Assembly: GCA_963662465.1 (NCBI GenBank)
Contig: OY759599.1
Span: 928,001 to 992,000 of the forward strand
Length of the DNA stretch: 64,000 nucleotides
Direction: 5' to 3'
DNA from: Desulfatiglandales bacterium
GTDB lineage: Bacteria > Desulfobacterota > DSM-4660 > Desulfatiglandales > Desulfatiglandaceae
Part shown: one piece after another, positions 1-9,196 of the stretch
Numbering within the stretch: position 1 is the stretch's first letter
Layout: each line of letters begins with the position of its first letter
Position numbers and translations under genes: made by a program
Notes under the pieces: generated by a model
What the model was told of the DNA's origin: nothing
Databases searched by the model: none
Seen by the model: the letters and a program-made list of their open reading frames with translations, nothing else

Positions 1-1165
1 TTGTGCCGAACAATTGGAATTTTTCGCCGGGGCCGCACGGGGCTTAACCGGTGAGACCCTTCCCGTGGGTCCCTGGTGCATTTCCATGACCGTCCGGGAA
101 CCCCTAGGGGTTGTGGGACTTATCACTCCGTGGAATTTTCCGGCCCTCATGGTGATTTGGAAAATGGGGGCAGCCCTTGTTACGGGCAATACCTGCGTCA
201 TCAAACCGCCTTCCATAGCGCCGTTGACGGCTTTGAAGCTGGGGGAAATCGCCATGGAGGCAGGTGTGCCCGCCGGGGTAGTGAATGTGATCACCGGTCC
301 GGGAGAAACAGTCGGTGAGGCATTGGTCCGGCACCCGGAAGTGGCGAAGATCGGTTTTACCGGGGATACCGCCACGGGTAAACGGATCATGAAAGTGGCC
401 AGCGATACTGTAAAGCAGGTGGGTCTGGAGTTGGGTGGCAAGAACCCCTTTCTGATCATGCCCGACGCGGACGTGGATGCCGCGGTGGAAGCAGCGGTTT
501 TCGGGGCCTTTTTTAATTCGGGACAGGTTTGTGCATCTCCCAGCCGATTTTATATCCATGAGTCCCTGTACGACGCCTTTGCGGAAAAATTCGTGGCCGG
601 CGCCAAACTCCTGAAATACGGAGATCCCACAGATATGGCAACGGTCATCGGCCCGGTGGCCTATGGGGAGCACCGGGATAAGATCGAAGCCTATGTTCAG
701 GGAGCAAAGGCGGCCGGCGCCAAGGTTCTACTGGGTGGAGAGAGACCGGATACGCCGGATACCAAAGACGGCTTTTTTGTGCTTCCCACCATCCTGGGCG
801 AATGTACCAATGACATGGTAATCATGCGGGAGGAGGTCTTTGGTCCCGTGGTGGGACTCTCCCGTTTCAGTTCGCCGGAAGAAGCGCTGGCCCTGGCCAA
901 CGACACGCATTACGGCCTTTGTGCATCCGTCTGGACCAAGGATGTTCGTGCCGGCCTGGCCATGGCCGGCCAGATAAAGGCAGGGACCGTGTGGATCAAT
1001 GAGCATCTCATGATTTTCTGCGAGACGCCCTGGGGGGGATGCAAACAATCGGGATGGGGAAAGGATCTTTCCACCATGGCGCTCGATGAGTATACCACCA
1101 CCAAGCATATCTATGTGGATCTCATCGGACAGCCTGAAAAGCCGTGGCATGCCCTCATGAAATAA
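1..1165 (+). CDS. NAD(P)-dependent aldehyde dehydrogenase, 5'-truncated by the window edge
   Basis: Motifs ITPWNFP, GFTGDT, LELGGKNP, catalytic FNSGQVC and EEVFGPV; the N-terminus is missing. Confidence 0.93.
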   Translation, partial: CAEQLEFFAGAARGLTGETLPVGPWCISMTVREPLGVVGLITPWNFPALMVIWKMGAALVTGNTCVIKPPSIAPLTALKLGEIAMEAGVPAGVVNVITGPGETVGEALVRHPEVAKIGFTGDTATGKRIMKVASDTVKQVGLELGGKNPFLIMPDADVDAAVEAAVFGAFFNSGQVCASPSRFYIHESLYDAFAEKFVAGAKLLKYGDPTDMATVIGPVAYGEHRDKIEAYVQGAKAAGAKVLLGGERPDTPDTKDGFFVLPTILGECTNDMVIMREEVFGPVVGLSRFSSPEEALALANDTHYGLCASVWTKDVRAGLAMAGQIKAGTVWINEHLMIFCETPWGGCKQSGWGKDLSTMALDEYTTTKHIYVDLIGQPEKPWHALMK

Positions 1166-1172
1166 CGCCAAA

Positions 1173-1234
1173 CAACGGATTCCGGATGGCGAATGGGTTA
1201 ACGACCTGTTCGTTCATCCGGGGTTGTTCCGTTG
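1173..1234 (+). other. Long imperfect intergenic stem-loop between the ALDH gene and mftA
   Basis: Nested complementary arms caacgga/tccgttg, ccggatg/catccgg and cgaa/ttcg; no U-tract follows. Confidence 0.55.
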
Positions 1235-1284
1235 CCCAAAATAACTTGGAAATTACATTTTATAGACCGGAGATTTAACGAACA

Positions 1285-1407
1285 ATGGAAAATCAAGAAA
1301 AGAATGTGAAGACAGACCACAAGGAAAACAGTCCGGAAGATATTTTTGCCACCCAGGAAATTGAGATCGAGGAAATGGCCATTGATGGGATCTGCGGCGT
1401 TTACTAG
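1285..1407 (+). CDS. mftA: Mycofactocin precursor peptide, 40 aa (not in the ORF track)
   Basis: Manual translation gives MENQEKNVKTDHKENSPEDIFATQEIEIEEMAIDGICGVY*. It has the IDGxCGVY C-terminal signature, an acidic leader and an upstream GGAG, and lies directly before RRE and radical SAM genes. Confidence 0.96.
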   Translation: MENQEKNVKTDHKENSPEDIFATQEIEIEEMAIDGICGVY

Positions 1408-1429
1408 CCGTTCTTTGGAAGGTTGAACC

Positions 1430-1711
1430 ATGATAGCAAGTGCGACAAACAGTAGAAGGTATATCCTGGAATCCGGTACACAAGTGCGCAATGAGGATTT
1501 CGGGCTGCTTTTCTATACCATGAAGGGACCGCGGCTCTATTTTCTGTCTTCCGGCCCATGGCTGGATGCGGCATTCTTCCATGGTGACCGGTCACTGGAT
1601 GAGTGGTTGCAAACGGAAAATCAGGCGGGTTTGATGTCTCAAGATCGTATGGAAAAAATACAGGGAAGCTTGGATCGGCTTAAAGACAAGGGAGTTATCA
1701 TTGAGTGCTAA
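1430..1711 (+). CDS. mftB: Mycofactocin RRE/PqqD-like peptide chaperone
   Basis: 93 aa between mftA and mftC; N-terminal VRxExFGLLFY motif and a C-terminal LxxLxxKGVI helix. Confidence 0.85.
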   Translation: MIASATNSRRYILESGTQVRNEDFGLLFYTMKGPRLYFLSSGPWLDAAFFHGDRSLDEWLQTENQAGLMSQDRMEKIQGSLDRLKDKGVIIEC

Positions 1712-2720
1712 TATGGCCAGGATGGGGCTTCGGGCTCCCGTGAATGTGACCTGGGAAGTCACATTGAAATGCAATCTCCATTGCGTTCACTGCCTTTCGG
1801 ATGCGGGGATTCCCTCCAAAGACGAATTGACCGCTCCGGAATGTCGAGCCCTGGTGGATCAATTGACATCCCTCCGGGTGTTCCAGGTGAATATCGGTGG
1901 GGGAGAACCTTTTATCCGTCCTGATTTTCCGGATCTGCTCACCTATTGTCATGAAAAGGGGTTGGTCACCTGCGTCAGCACCAACGGCATGCTCATTGAC
2001 GACAACCTGGCCCGTCAGTTATCCCGTCTGAAAATGCTCTATCTACAAATAAGTCTCGATGGCGCCACGGCAGACGTGAATGATCCCATACGGGGTGAAG
2101 GAACCTACCCAAAGATCTTGAACGCTGCCGATTGCCTGGCGCGTCATGGGGTGAAGTTCAGCATCAACACGGTTTTGACCCGAACCAATTATCCACAACT
2201 GGATGATCTTCGGAAACTTGCCGGCGGTTACGGGGCTGAGCTGCGGGTTTCCCGATTTCGGCCGTCGGGCCGGGCCAAAGAGAGCCGGGAATCCCTGGGG
2301 CCGGAGAAATGGCAGTTGGAGGCTTTTGCCGAGTGGCTGGAAGGGCATGATCTGGTGCGGACCGGGGATTCCTTCTTTTGCCTCACTTCCGAGCATCGGC
2401 GCCGAAAGGGCCTGGATATGTGCGGCGCTGCCAAGATGACCTGCTGCATCTCTCCCACAGGGGATGTTTATCCCTGCGCTTTCTTGCAGGAACCGCCGTT
2501 TCGGGTGGGGAACGTTCGGGATGTGTCCTTTAAGACCATGTGGGATCAGGCCCCGGTTTTCAAAGAACTTCGCAACCTGAATGTTGAGACTTGCGTGACC
2601 TGCGAACGATTTGAGTTCTGCCGGGGGGGGTGTCCGGCCATGGCCTATCACACTTACCAGGACATCAACATGCCGGACCCGGAATGCCTTGTGAATATCA
2701 AACATTTCAATTTTGCTTGA
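1701..2720 (+). CDS. mftC: Mycofactocin radical SAM/SPASM maturase
   Basis: TWEVTLKCNLHCVHCLSD (CxxxCxxC), NIGGGEP, SRFRPSGR and SPASM cysteines (CGAAKMTC..PC..CVTC..CRGGC..C); operon context. Confidence 0.93.
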   Translation: MSANMARMGLRAPVNVTWEVTLKCNLHCVHCLSDAGIPSKDELTAPECRALVDQLTSLRVFQVNIGGGEPFIRPDFPDLLTYCHEKGLVTCVSTNGMLIDDNLARQLSRLKMLYLQISLDGATADVNDPIRGEGTYPKILNAADCLARHGVKFSINTVLTRTNYPQLDDLRKLAGGYGAELRVSRFRPSGRAKESRESLGPEKWQLEAFAEWLEGHDLVRTGDSFFCLTSEHRRRKGLDMCGAAKMTCCISPTGDVYPCAFLQEPPFRVGNVRDVSFKTMWDQAPVFKELRNLNVETCVTCERFEFCRGGCPAMAYHTYQDINMPDPECLVNIKHFNFA

Positions 2721-2777
2721 TTATAGCTATGAAGATGGCTATTATGGGGAACGCTTTCGATGCAGGAGATGCGCTTT

Positions 2778-3059
2778 ATGCAAAAACAATACTCAATAGC
2801 CGAAGCTAAGAACAAGCTCCCTGCCATTATTCATCAAGTAGAGAAAGGGCCTTTCGTGGAGCTTACGAGGAGAGGAAAACCGGTTGTGGTTTTGTTGTCC
2901 ATCGACGAATTCAAGCGGCTCAGTCTTTCCAATTCGGGTTTCTGGAAAGCTCTGACAGCTTTTCGTGAAACGCTCAATTCAGAAGGGACGGTTGTTTCAG
3001 ATCAGGATTTCGAAGGGCTTCGAGATTCTTCCCCCGGACGGGAAGTGGATTTGAACTGA
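2778..3059 (+). CDS. Phd/YefM-family antitoxin
   Basis: SIAEAKNKLPAII...VELTRRGKPVVVLLS is the Phd N-terminal pattern; AGGAG precedes ATG 2778; overlaps the toxin start. Confidence 0.88.
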   Translation: MQKQYSIAEAKNKLPAIIHQVEKGPFVELTRRGKPVVVLLSIDEFKRLSLSNSGFWKALTAFRETLNSEGTVVSDQDFEGLRDSSPGREVDLN

Positions 3060-3481
3060 TGAAATTTCTTCTTGACACCAATGTGTTGTCGGAACCTTTA
3101 AAATCTGAACCTGACCCATCCGTCCTTTCCATGTTGAAAAAGCACCAGTATGAAATTGTGACGGGTGCGCCGGTCTGGCATGAACTTCAGTACGGTTGCC
3201 GTCGTCTTCCGCCATCACGAAAACGCAAGGAGATTGAATTTTTCCTCGATGAGGTTGTGAAAAAGAACCTGATCGTTCTTCCCTACGATGACCGGGCTGC
3301 CGAGTGGCATGCAAAAGAGAGGGCGAGATTGTCGCAGAAGGGAATGTCGCCCCCATTTGTGGATGGTCAAATTGCGGCCATTGCCAAAGTGAACGATCTG
3401 GTTTTGGTAACCCGCAATGTTAAAGACTTCCACCATTTTTCGGAATTGATAGTTGAAAACTGGCACGGAAAAGAAAGATGA
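3059..3481 (+). CDS. vapC: PIN-domain VapC toxin
   Basis: MKFLLDTNVLSE, ELQYG, DGQIAAIA and LVTRNVKDF PIN motifs. Confidence 0.92.
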   Translation: MKFLLDTNVLSEPLKSEPDPSVLSMLKKHQYEIVTGAPVWHELQYGCRRLPPSRKRKEIEFFLDEVVKKNLIVLPYDDRAAEWHAKERARLSQKGMSPPFVDGQIAAIAKVNDLVLVTRNVKDFHHFSELIVENWHGKER

Positions 3482-3502
3482 TTTCATGCCGTGCGATTCG
3501 GA

Positions 3503-5458
3503 ATGACAGGGAAAATGTTTGATCATCTGTTCACCCCCATCACCTTTGGAACAAAGGCGCTTGCCAATCGCATCTGTTTCCTGGCGCATCGCACCAATTT
3601 CGCCCGGAAAGGCCGGCTGGATGATCGCCATGTGGCCTATTACCGGCGTAGAGCCGAGGGCGGCTGTAGTCTGATTGTCGTCGGGGAACTGGCCATTCAT
3701 GAAAATGACCGTCCGTGGGATGCCATGATCGAGGCTTACGGTTCTCATGTGGTGGAAGACTTTCAAAAGCTCACCCTAGCCATTCACGATTTCGACACCC
3801 GGATATTCGCCCAGTTAAACCATCACGGTTTCCAGGGAAGCGGCGCTGTTACCCGGCATGCGGTATGGGGACCTTCAGCCCTGTCGGATATCGCTTTCGG
3901 CGAGACGGCCAAACCCATGGAGCCGGAAGATATGGCGGCTGTCATCGAAGCCTTCGGGCGCGCCGCGATCCTGGCTCGGGAAGGCGGATTTGACGGCCTT
4001 GAGATCGATATGGGGCCCGAATCCCTGCTGCGCCAGTTTCTCTCTCCCTTGAGCAATCATCGCCGGGATGAATACGGCGGCAGCCTGGAAAACCGAATGC
4101 GGCTGCCCCTTGAGGTCCTGGAAGCGGTGCGGAAGATGGCGGGGGACGATTTTACCATGGGTGTCCGCCTGTGCGCCGACGAAAAGTTCTGGGGCGCCAT
4201 AGCCCCGGAGGAGTCCTGTGAAATGGCACGGGTTTTCGAGACTGAGGGTCGCGCTCAATTCATCAACGTGGCTGTGGGAACCTACTACAATCTTCACCTT
4301 TCAATGCCTTCCATGCACACCCCGTTCGGTTTCACCATCGATACGGCGGCGCAGATCAAATCCGCCGTGACCATTCCGGTGATCGCTAGCCACCAAATTG
4401 ATACGCCCCAAATGGCCGAAGATATCCTGCAAAAGGGCAAAGGCGACGCCATCGGCCTCATCCGTAACCTCATCTGCGATCCGGACTGCCCTAAAAAGGC
4501 CCTGCAAGGCCGTACACGGGATATTCGCTATTGCGTGCGGGACAACCAGGGCTGCATCGGCCGCATCAACCAGTCCAAAACCTTGAGCTGCGTCCAGAAT
4601 CCCGCGGTCGGTTATGAAAATTCCGCAATCCGCAATCCGCATTCCGCATTCCAAAAGCTCGTCATCGTCGTTGGTGCCGGTCCCGGGGGGCTTTCGGCCG
4701 CTTTAAGCGCCCGTAAAAAGGGACATGATGTGTCTGTTTACGAAAAGGTGGACCGGGTGGGAGGCCAGATGAACCTCCTGGTAAAGGGGGCGGGCCGCGA
4801 GGGCATGGGTGAAATAATCCGCTATTTGTCCCATCGTCTGGAACAGCTCCAAGTTCCGATTATTACAGGAGTTACGGCAACGCCTTCATGGATTCAGGAA
4901 AAGAACCCGGATGTGGTGATCGTGGCTACGGGATCAAGACCCATCGAAAGGCCCGTTCCCGGAGACTACGGTCCGCCCCTGGTGCAGAATGTGTGGGATG
5001 TGATGGCGGAAAGTTACCCGGTGGGAGACAAGATCCTCTTTATCGATGAAAACGGGGGGCACCATGCCGCCGCCACCGTGGAAAGAATGGCCGACCAGGG
5101 GAAACAGGTGGATATGGTCACCAGCGACCTGTTTATCGGCATCGAGCTGGGGCCCATCGGGGATCTGTACCTGACCCGGCAGCGACTGCTTCAGAAAGGG
5201 GTGACTTTCACCACCGATGTGGTGGTGGATGAAATCAGCGGAAACAGGGTGAAGGCAAGGAATCTTTACACGAACAGCGTAATTGTTTTTGAGGGCTATG
5301 ACACCATTGTTCTGGATATGGGGAATCGGGTGGATGACGATTTGTACCGCCGATTGAAGGGCCGCGTGAAGGAACTCCACCGGGTGGGAGACTGCGTCGC
5401 GCCCCGGGGCATCGGCATGGCCGTTTACGAAGGACAAAAGGTGGGAGAAGAACTGTGA
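3503..5458 (+). CDS. FadH/OYE-family flavin FeS oxidoreductase 1 (mycofactocin-system type)
   Basis: OYE barrel (RRDEYGGSLENRMR), FeS motif CVRDNQGC..C, FAD motif GAGPGG and GDCVAPR. The start could be 3503 or 3515. Confidence 0.88.
   Translation: MTGKMFDHLFTPITFGTKALANRICFLAHRTNFARKGRLDDRHVAYYRRRAEGGCSLIVVGELAIHENDRPWDAMIEAYGSHVVEDFQKLTLAIHDFDTRIFAQLNHHGFQGSGAVTRHAVWGPSALSDIAFGETAKPMEPEDMAAVIEAFGRAAILAREGGFDGLEIDMGPESLLRQFLSPLSNHRRDEYGGSLENRMRLPLEVLEAVRKMAGDDFTMGVRLCADEKFWGAIAPEESCEMARVFETEGRAQFINVAVGTYYNLHLSMPSMHTPFGFTIDTAAQIKSAVTIPVIASHQIDTPQMAEDILQKGKGDAIGLIRNLICDPDCPKKALQGRTRDIRYCVRDNQGCIGRINQSKTLSCVQNPAVGYENSAIRNPHSAFQKLVIVVGAGPGGLSAALSARKKGHDVSVYEKVDRVGGQMNLLVKGAGREGMGEIIRYLSHRLEQLQVPIITGVTATPSWIQEKNPDVVIVATGSRPIERPVPGDYGPPLVQNVWDVMAESYPVGDKILFIDENGGHHAAATVERMADQGKQVDMVTSDLFIGIELGPIGDLYLTRQRLLQKGVTFTTDVVVDEISGNRVKARNLYTNSVIVFEGYDTIVLDMGNRVDDDLYRRLKGRVKELHRVGDCVAPRGIGMAVYEGQKVGEEL
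4622..4652 (+). repeat. Heptamer tandem repeat (tccgcaa/tccgcat) inside the OYE1 linker
   Basis: tccgcaa tccgcaa tccgcat tccgcat tcc, encoding SAIRNPHSAF. Confidence 0.75.
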
Positions 5459-7413
5459 GCGAATATCGATACCTCTTTTCCCCTCTCAAAATCGGTTCAG
5501 TGGTGGTTCCCAATCGGATCAATTTCGCGGCACACCTGACCAACCTATCCGAAGACCATCAGATTAGCGAACGTCACATTTATTACTACAGTGAACGGGC
5601 CAGAGGCGGGTGCGGCCTCATTACCACGGAAGAGCTGACGGTCCATCCGTCGGATTTGGCCTACGTAAGGCTGGTGGATGCCTTTGTTCCGGAGGTGATT
5701 CCGGGGTTTCAAAGACTCACAAGGGCTATTCACAGGTATGATACCAAAATTTTTGCCCAGTTGAATCACAACGGCATGCAGGCGGACGGCAAGATTTCAA
5801 GGCTTCCCGTGTGGGGACCCTCGCCAGGGAAAGACCCCCTCTTTCGGGAGATGGCCAAGGAGATGGAAATTGAAGATATCAAGGAGTGTATCGAATACTT
5901 CCAAAAGAGCGCGATGCATGTGGTGGAAGGGGGCTTTGACGGGATTGAGTTTCAGTTGGGACACAGTTCCCTGATCCGGCAGTTTCTCTCTCCTGCCACC
6001 AACTTCAGGGAGGATGAATATGGCGGCAGCCTGGAGAACCGCATGCGGTTCTGTTTGGAGGTGATTGAAGGGGTCCGAAAAAGCGTAGGCAAAGATTTCA
6101 CCCTGGGGGTTCGGCTCAATGCCGATGAGATGCATCCCAGGGGCGGGTTGACCATTCATGATGCCATGGAAATTGCCGGACTTCTGGAAGCCGCGGGCCT
6201 CATCGATTTTGTGGATCTGAGTCTGGGAACCTTTCACAACCTTTTTCTGGTGGAAGGGTCCATGCACACGCCGCTCGCTTACACGACGCCCCTTTCCGCC
6301 GCCATCCGTTCGGTGGTGAGCCTTCCTGTCCATGCCACCAACCGCATCAATGATCCCCACCTGGCGGAAAAGATTCTGGAAGATGGGCAGGGGGATATGA
6401 TCAACATGGTTCGCGCCCTCATTGCGGACCCGGAATTACCAAACAAGGCCATGGAGGGCCGGGAAGACGATATCCGGCAGTGCATCGCCTGCAATCAGGG
6501 GTGTATCGGTCGCATGGGGCTGGGATACACCATCGGGTGCATGCAGAGTCCCGCGGCGGGGAACGAAAAGGAATTGGGTCTTGGAACCCTTACGCCTTGT
6601 GACACACCGAAAAAAGTGGTGGTCGTTGGGGCGGGTCCTGCCGGTCTTGAAGCGGCCCGGGTGGCGGCCCTCAGAAAGCATCATGTGATTTTTTTTGAGA
6701 AAAATGATCAGGTTGGCGGACAGAATATCATCGCCGGCAAGGTGACCGGCCGCCAGGAGATTCAGGGGGTGACCCGATGGTTGCTGGGTCAGGTGGAGAA
6801 GCTGGATATGGACCTGCGCCTGGGGGTTGAAGCGGATGAGGCAATGGTCCTGGCCGAAAACCCCGATGTTGTGGTTGTAGCCACCGGTTCCACGCCCAAA
6901 CAGAACCCCATTCCCGGGAGTTACGCCTATCCAGAGGTGGTGAGTACCTGGGATGTTTTGAATGAAACCGTGGAAACTGGCGAAAAGGTGCTGCTTATCG
7001 ACCTGGATGGGCACCATCAGGGCACGGGGACGGCGGAGTTCCTGGCGGATCGGGGCAAAAAGGTTCATGTGCTGGTGCCTGCCCTGTTTCAGGGTTCGCA
7101 ACTGGGGCCCCTTCAGGACCTGTTTTTAGCCCGTCAACGCCTGGCGCGAAAGGGCGTCACCTGCACGCCGGATATCGCGGTCCTGGAAATCCAGGGCACA
7201 GTGGCCAAGGGTCTCAACGTCTACTCCAACGAGATGATGGATTTTGAAGGGTACGATACCATTGTGCTGGCAGCGGGAAACGTTTCCAATGACAATCTTT
7301 ATTTTGCTCTCAAGGGGAAGGTCAAAGAAATTTACCGGATCGGAGACTGTGTGGCGCCGCGTAAGACGGATATGGCCATTGTGGAAGGGCATCGGGTGGG
7401 AAGAAGAATATGA
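5455..7413 (+). CDS. FadH/OYE-family flavin FeS oxidoreductase 2 (mycofactocin-system type)
   Basis: Paralog of the upstream OYE with CIACNQGC..C, GAGPAG and GDCVAPR; 4-nt overlap with the upstream gene. Confidence 0.9.
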   Translation: MSEYRYLFSPLKIGSVVVPNRINFAAHLTNLSEDHQISERHIYYYSERARGGCGLITTEELTVHPSDLAYVRLVDAFVPEVIPGFQRLTRAIHRYDTKIFAQLNHNGMQADGKISRLPVWGPSPGKDPLFREMAKEMEIEDIKECIEYFQKSAMHVVEGGFDGIEFQLGHSSLIRQFLSPATNFREDEYGGSLENRMRFCLEVIEGVRKSVGKDFTLGVRLNADEMHPRGGLTIHDAMEIAGLLEAAGLIDFVDLSLGTFHNLFLVEGSMHTPLAYTTPLSAAIRSVVSLPVHATNRINDPHLAEKILEDGQGDMINMVRALIADPELPNKAMEGREDDIRQCIACNQGCIGRMGLGYTIGCMQSPAAGNEKELGLGTLTPCDTPKKVVVVGAGPAGLEAARVAALRKHHVIFFEKNDQVGGQNIIAGKVTGRQEIQGVTRWLLGQVEKLDMDLRLGVEADEAMVLAENPDVVVVATGSTPKQNPIPGSYAYPEVVSTWDVLNETVETGEKVLLIDLDGHHQGTGTAEFLADRGKKVHVLVPALFQGSQLGPLQDLFLARQRLARKGVTCTPDIAVLEIQGTVAKGLNVYSNEMMDFEGYDTIVLAAGNVSNDNLYFALKGKVKEIYRIGDCVAPRKTDMAIVEGHRVGRRI

Positions 7414-8435
7414 AAGCCATGTCTGAAACCCTGAACCTTTTTGATATCTGGATATTGACCGAACATCATGAGGGTGTTTTTACCGGGGATACATTCGGTC
7501 TGATTAACGAAGCCCGAAGACTGATTTGCCAATGGGAAGCACCGGGCCGGATTACGGCGGTGGTATTGGGTTGGGAACTGCCAGAAGACTTTGAAACTCT
7601 CGGATATTATGGGGTGGACCGGGTGCTGTGCTTCAAAAGTGAAACCCTTTCGTATTATCATGGGGAGCGGTTTGCGGGGGTGCTTTTCCGGTTGCTGAAT
7701 CAACATACGCCAAATGTCCTTCTGACGGTACAGCACCCGGATACGGCGGACCTCTGTGCCAGACTAGGCGCCCTGCTTGAAACCGGCGTTGTGACGCATG
7801 CCATGGATCTCAAGGTTGAAGACGAAGGGGAATGGATGGCGACCCGTCCCGTGGCCAATGGTTATCTATGTGAAGCGGTGGCGCTGGAATGCAAGCCTAC
7901 GCCCATTGTTTCATTTCTGCCCGCCGTGCTGATGCCGGCCGAAAAAATCCGGACACAAACCGCAACGGTGGAATTTATTCCCGTAGAAGAGTCCCTCGAC
8001 GGCCTGAAAACAGAGGTGGTGGAAGTGATCGAGGCCGACCCCGAGACCCTTGATATCGAAGAGGCGGATATCATCGTTTCCGGAGGACGGGGAGTCGGCA
8101 AGGGAAAAAGGTTTGATATTGTGCATGAACTGGCCCAAGCCCTGGGCGGGTCCGTGGCCGCCACCCGCCCGATCATCGATTGGCATGTGTTACCCTATGA
8201 ACGACAGATCGGCCAGACGGGCAAGACGGTGACCCCGCGCCTGATCATCAACTGCGGCATTTCAGGGGCCAATGAATATACGGCGGGCATGGAGAAGGCC
8301 CATCGGGTTGTGGCTGTCAACACCGACCCCCGGGCCAGAATATTCCGGTTTGCCGATCTGGGAATTGTAGCGGATGTCCATGACCTGCTGCCCCTTCTTA
8401 TCAACCGTATTCGCGAGATCAAAGATGCGTTGTAA
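7410..8435 (+). CDS. etfA: Electron transfer flavoprotein alpha subunit
   Basis: IIVSGGRGVG, RQIGQTGKTV, CGISGA and VAVNTD..ARIF..AD.GIV.D motifs. Confidence 0.92.
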   Translation: MKAMSETLNLFDIWILTEHHEGVFTGDTFGLINEARRLICQWEAPGRITAVVLGWELPEDFETLGYYGVDRVLCFKSETLSYYHGERFAGVLFRLLNQHTPNVLLTVQHPDTADLCARLGALLETGVVTHAMDLKVEDEGEWMATRPVANGYLCEAVALECKPTPIVSFLPAVLMPAEKIRTQTATVEFIPVEESLDGLKTEVVEVIEADPETLDIEEADIIVSGGRGVGKGKRFDIVHELAQALGGSVAATRPIIDWHVLPYERQIGQTGKTVTPRLIINCGISGANEYTAGMEKAHRVVAVNTDPRARIFRFADLGIVADVHDLLPLLINRIREIKDAL

Positions 8436-9195
8436 TGTCATAAGTTGGTATACGGTTTCACTCTTCTTCCTGCTGACGTCCGGTTTGTTTGCCTACGAAC
8501 CGGATGAATGTCTCAATTGCCACCGTGAAGGGAGCGGAAAAAGTGCGCTTCACATATCTCAGGCGCAATATGAGGGTTCGGTTCACCACAACGAGATCAC
8601 CTGCATGGATTGCCATGGAGAGGTCGTGGACGATGCCCATACGAAAAATAGAGGATCAGGGAATGTGGATTGCGGCGCGTGTCACGATCAGGTAAACCGG
8701 CACGGATTGGGGGGTACGGGCACGCGCCCCCAATGCCATTCCTGCCACACCCGACACGGCATACTGGGAAAGGACAATCCAGCATCCTCTGTGCATCCCG
8801 ACCATCTTTCCCGTACCTGCGGCCCATGCCATCCGGCCCAGACGGGCGATGCCGGTTTCCTGGCCTGGTTGCCGTCGGTCCGGATCAAAACCCACGGCAA
8901 ACAGGATTTTGCCTGTGATTTTGATGAAGCCGATTGCCTGGGGTGCCATCAGGGGCACGCCGCCCATGGTGAAGAAATGCCCCTGAACAAAAAGGATTGC
9001 CGGAAATGCCATTTCCCCGCAAATAATCGGGCGGGCGTTATGGGTAGTATCCACCCGAAACCCAAAGGCAAAAAAGATACCATTGACATCATCGCCGGGG
9101 CGGTTTACGGGGTAGCCGTCGCTTTTCTCCTGATTGGCGGTTGCTGTTTTTATACGCGCCGATTTTCAGGAAAAGCTGGAAAAGGGAGGGGATGA
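8425..9195 (+). CDS. Membrane-anchored multiheme cytochrome c (7 CxxCH)
   Basis: CLNCH, CMDCH, CGACH, CHSCH, CGPCH, CLGCH and CRKCH; signal peptide from ATG 8425; C-terminal TM helix. Confidence 0.88.
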   Translation: MRCNVISWYTVSLFFLLTSGLFAYEPDECLNCHREGSGKSALHISQAQYEGSVHHNEITCMDCHGEVVDDAHTKNRGSGNVDCGACHDQVNRHGLGGTGTRPQCHSCHTRHGILGKDNPASSVHPDHLSRTCGPCHPAQTGDAGFLAWLPSVRIKTHGKQDFACDFDEADCLGCHQGHAAHGEEMPLNKKDCRKCHFPANNRAGVMGSIHPKPKGKKDTIDIIAGAVYGVAVAFLLIGGCCFYTRRFSGKAGKGRG

Positions 9196-9196
9196 T

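Noticed and set aside
1701..2720. PqqE or heme-biosynthesis (Ahb/NirJ) radical SAM
   Set aside because: The adjacent IDGxCGVY peptide, the RRE protein and mftF point to MftC.
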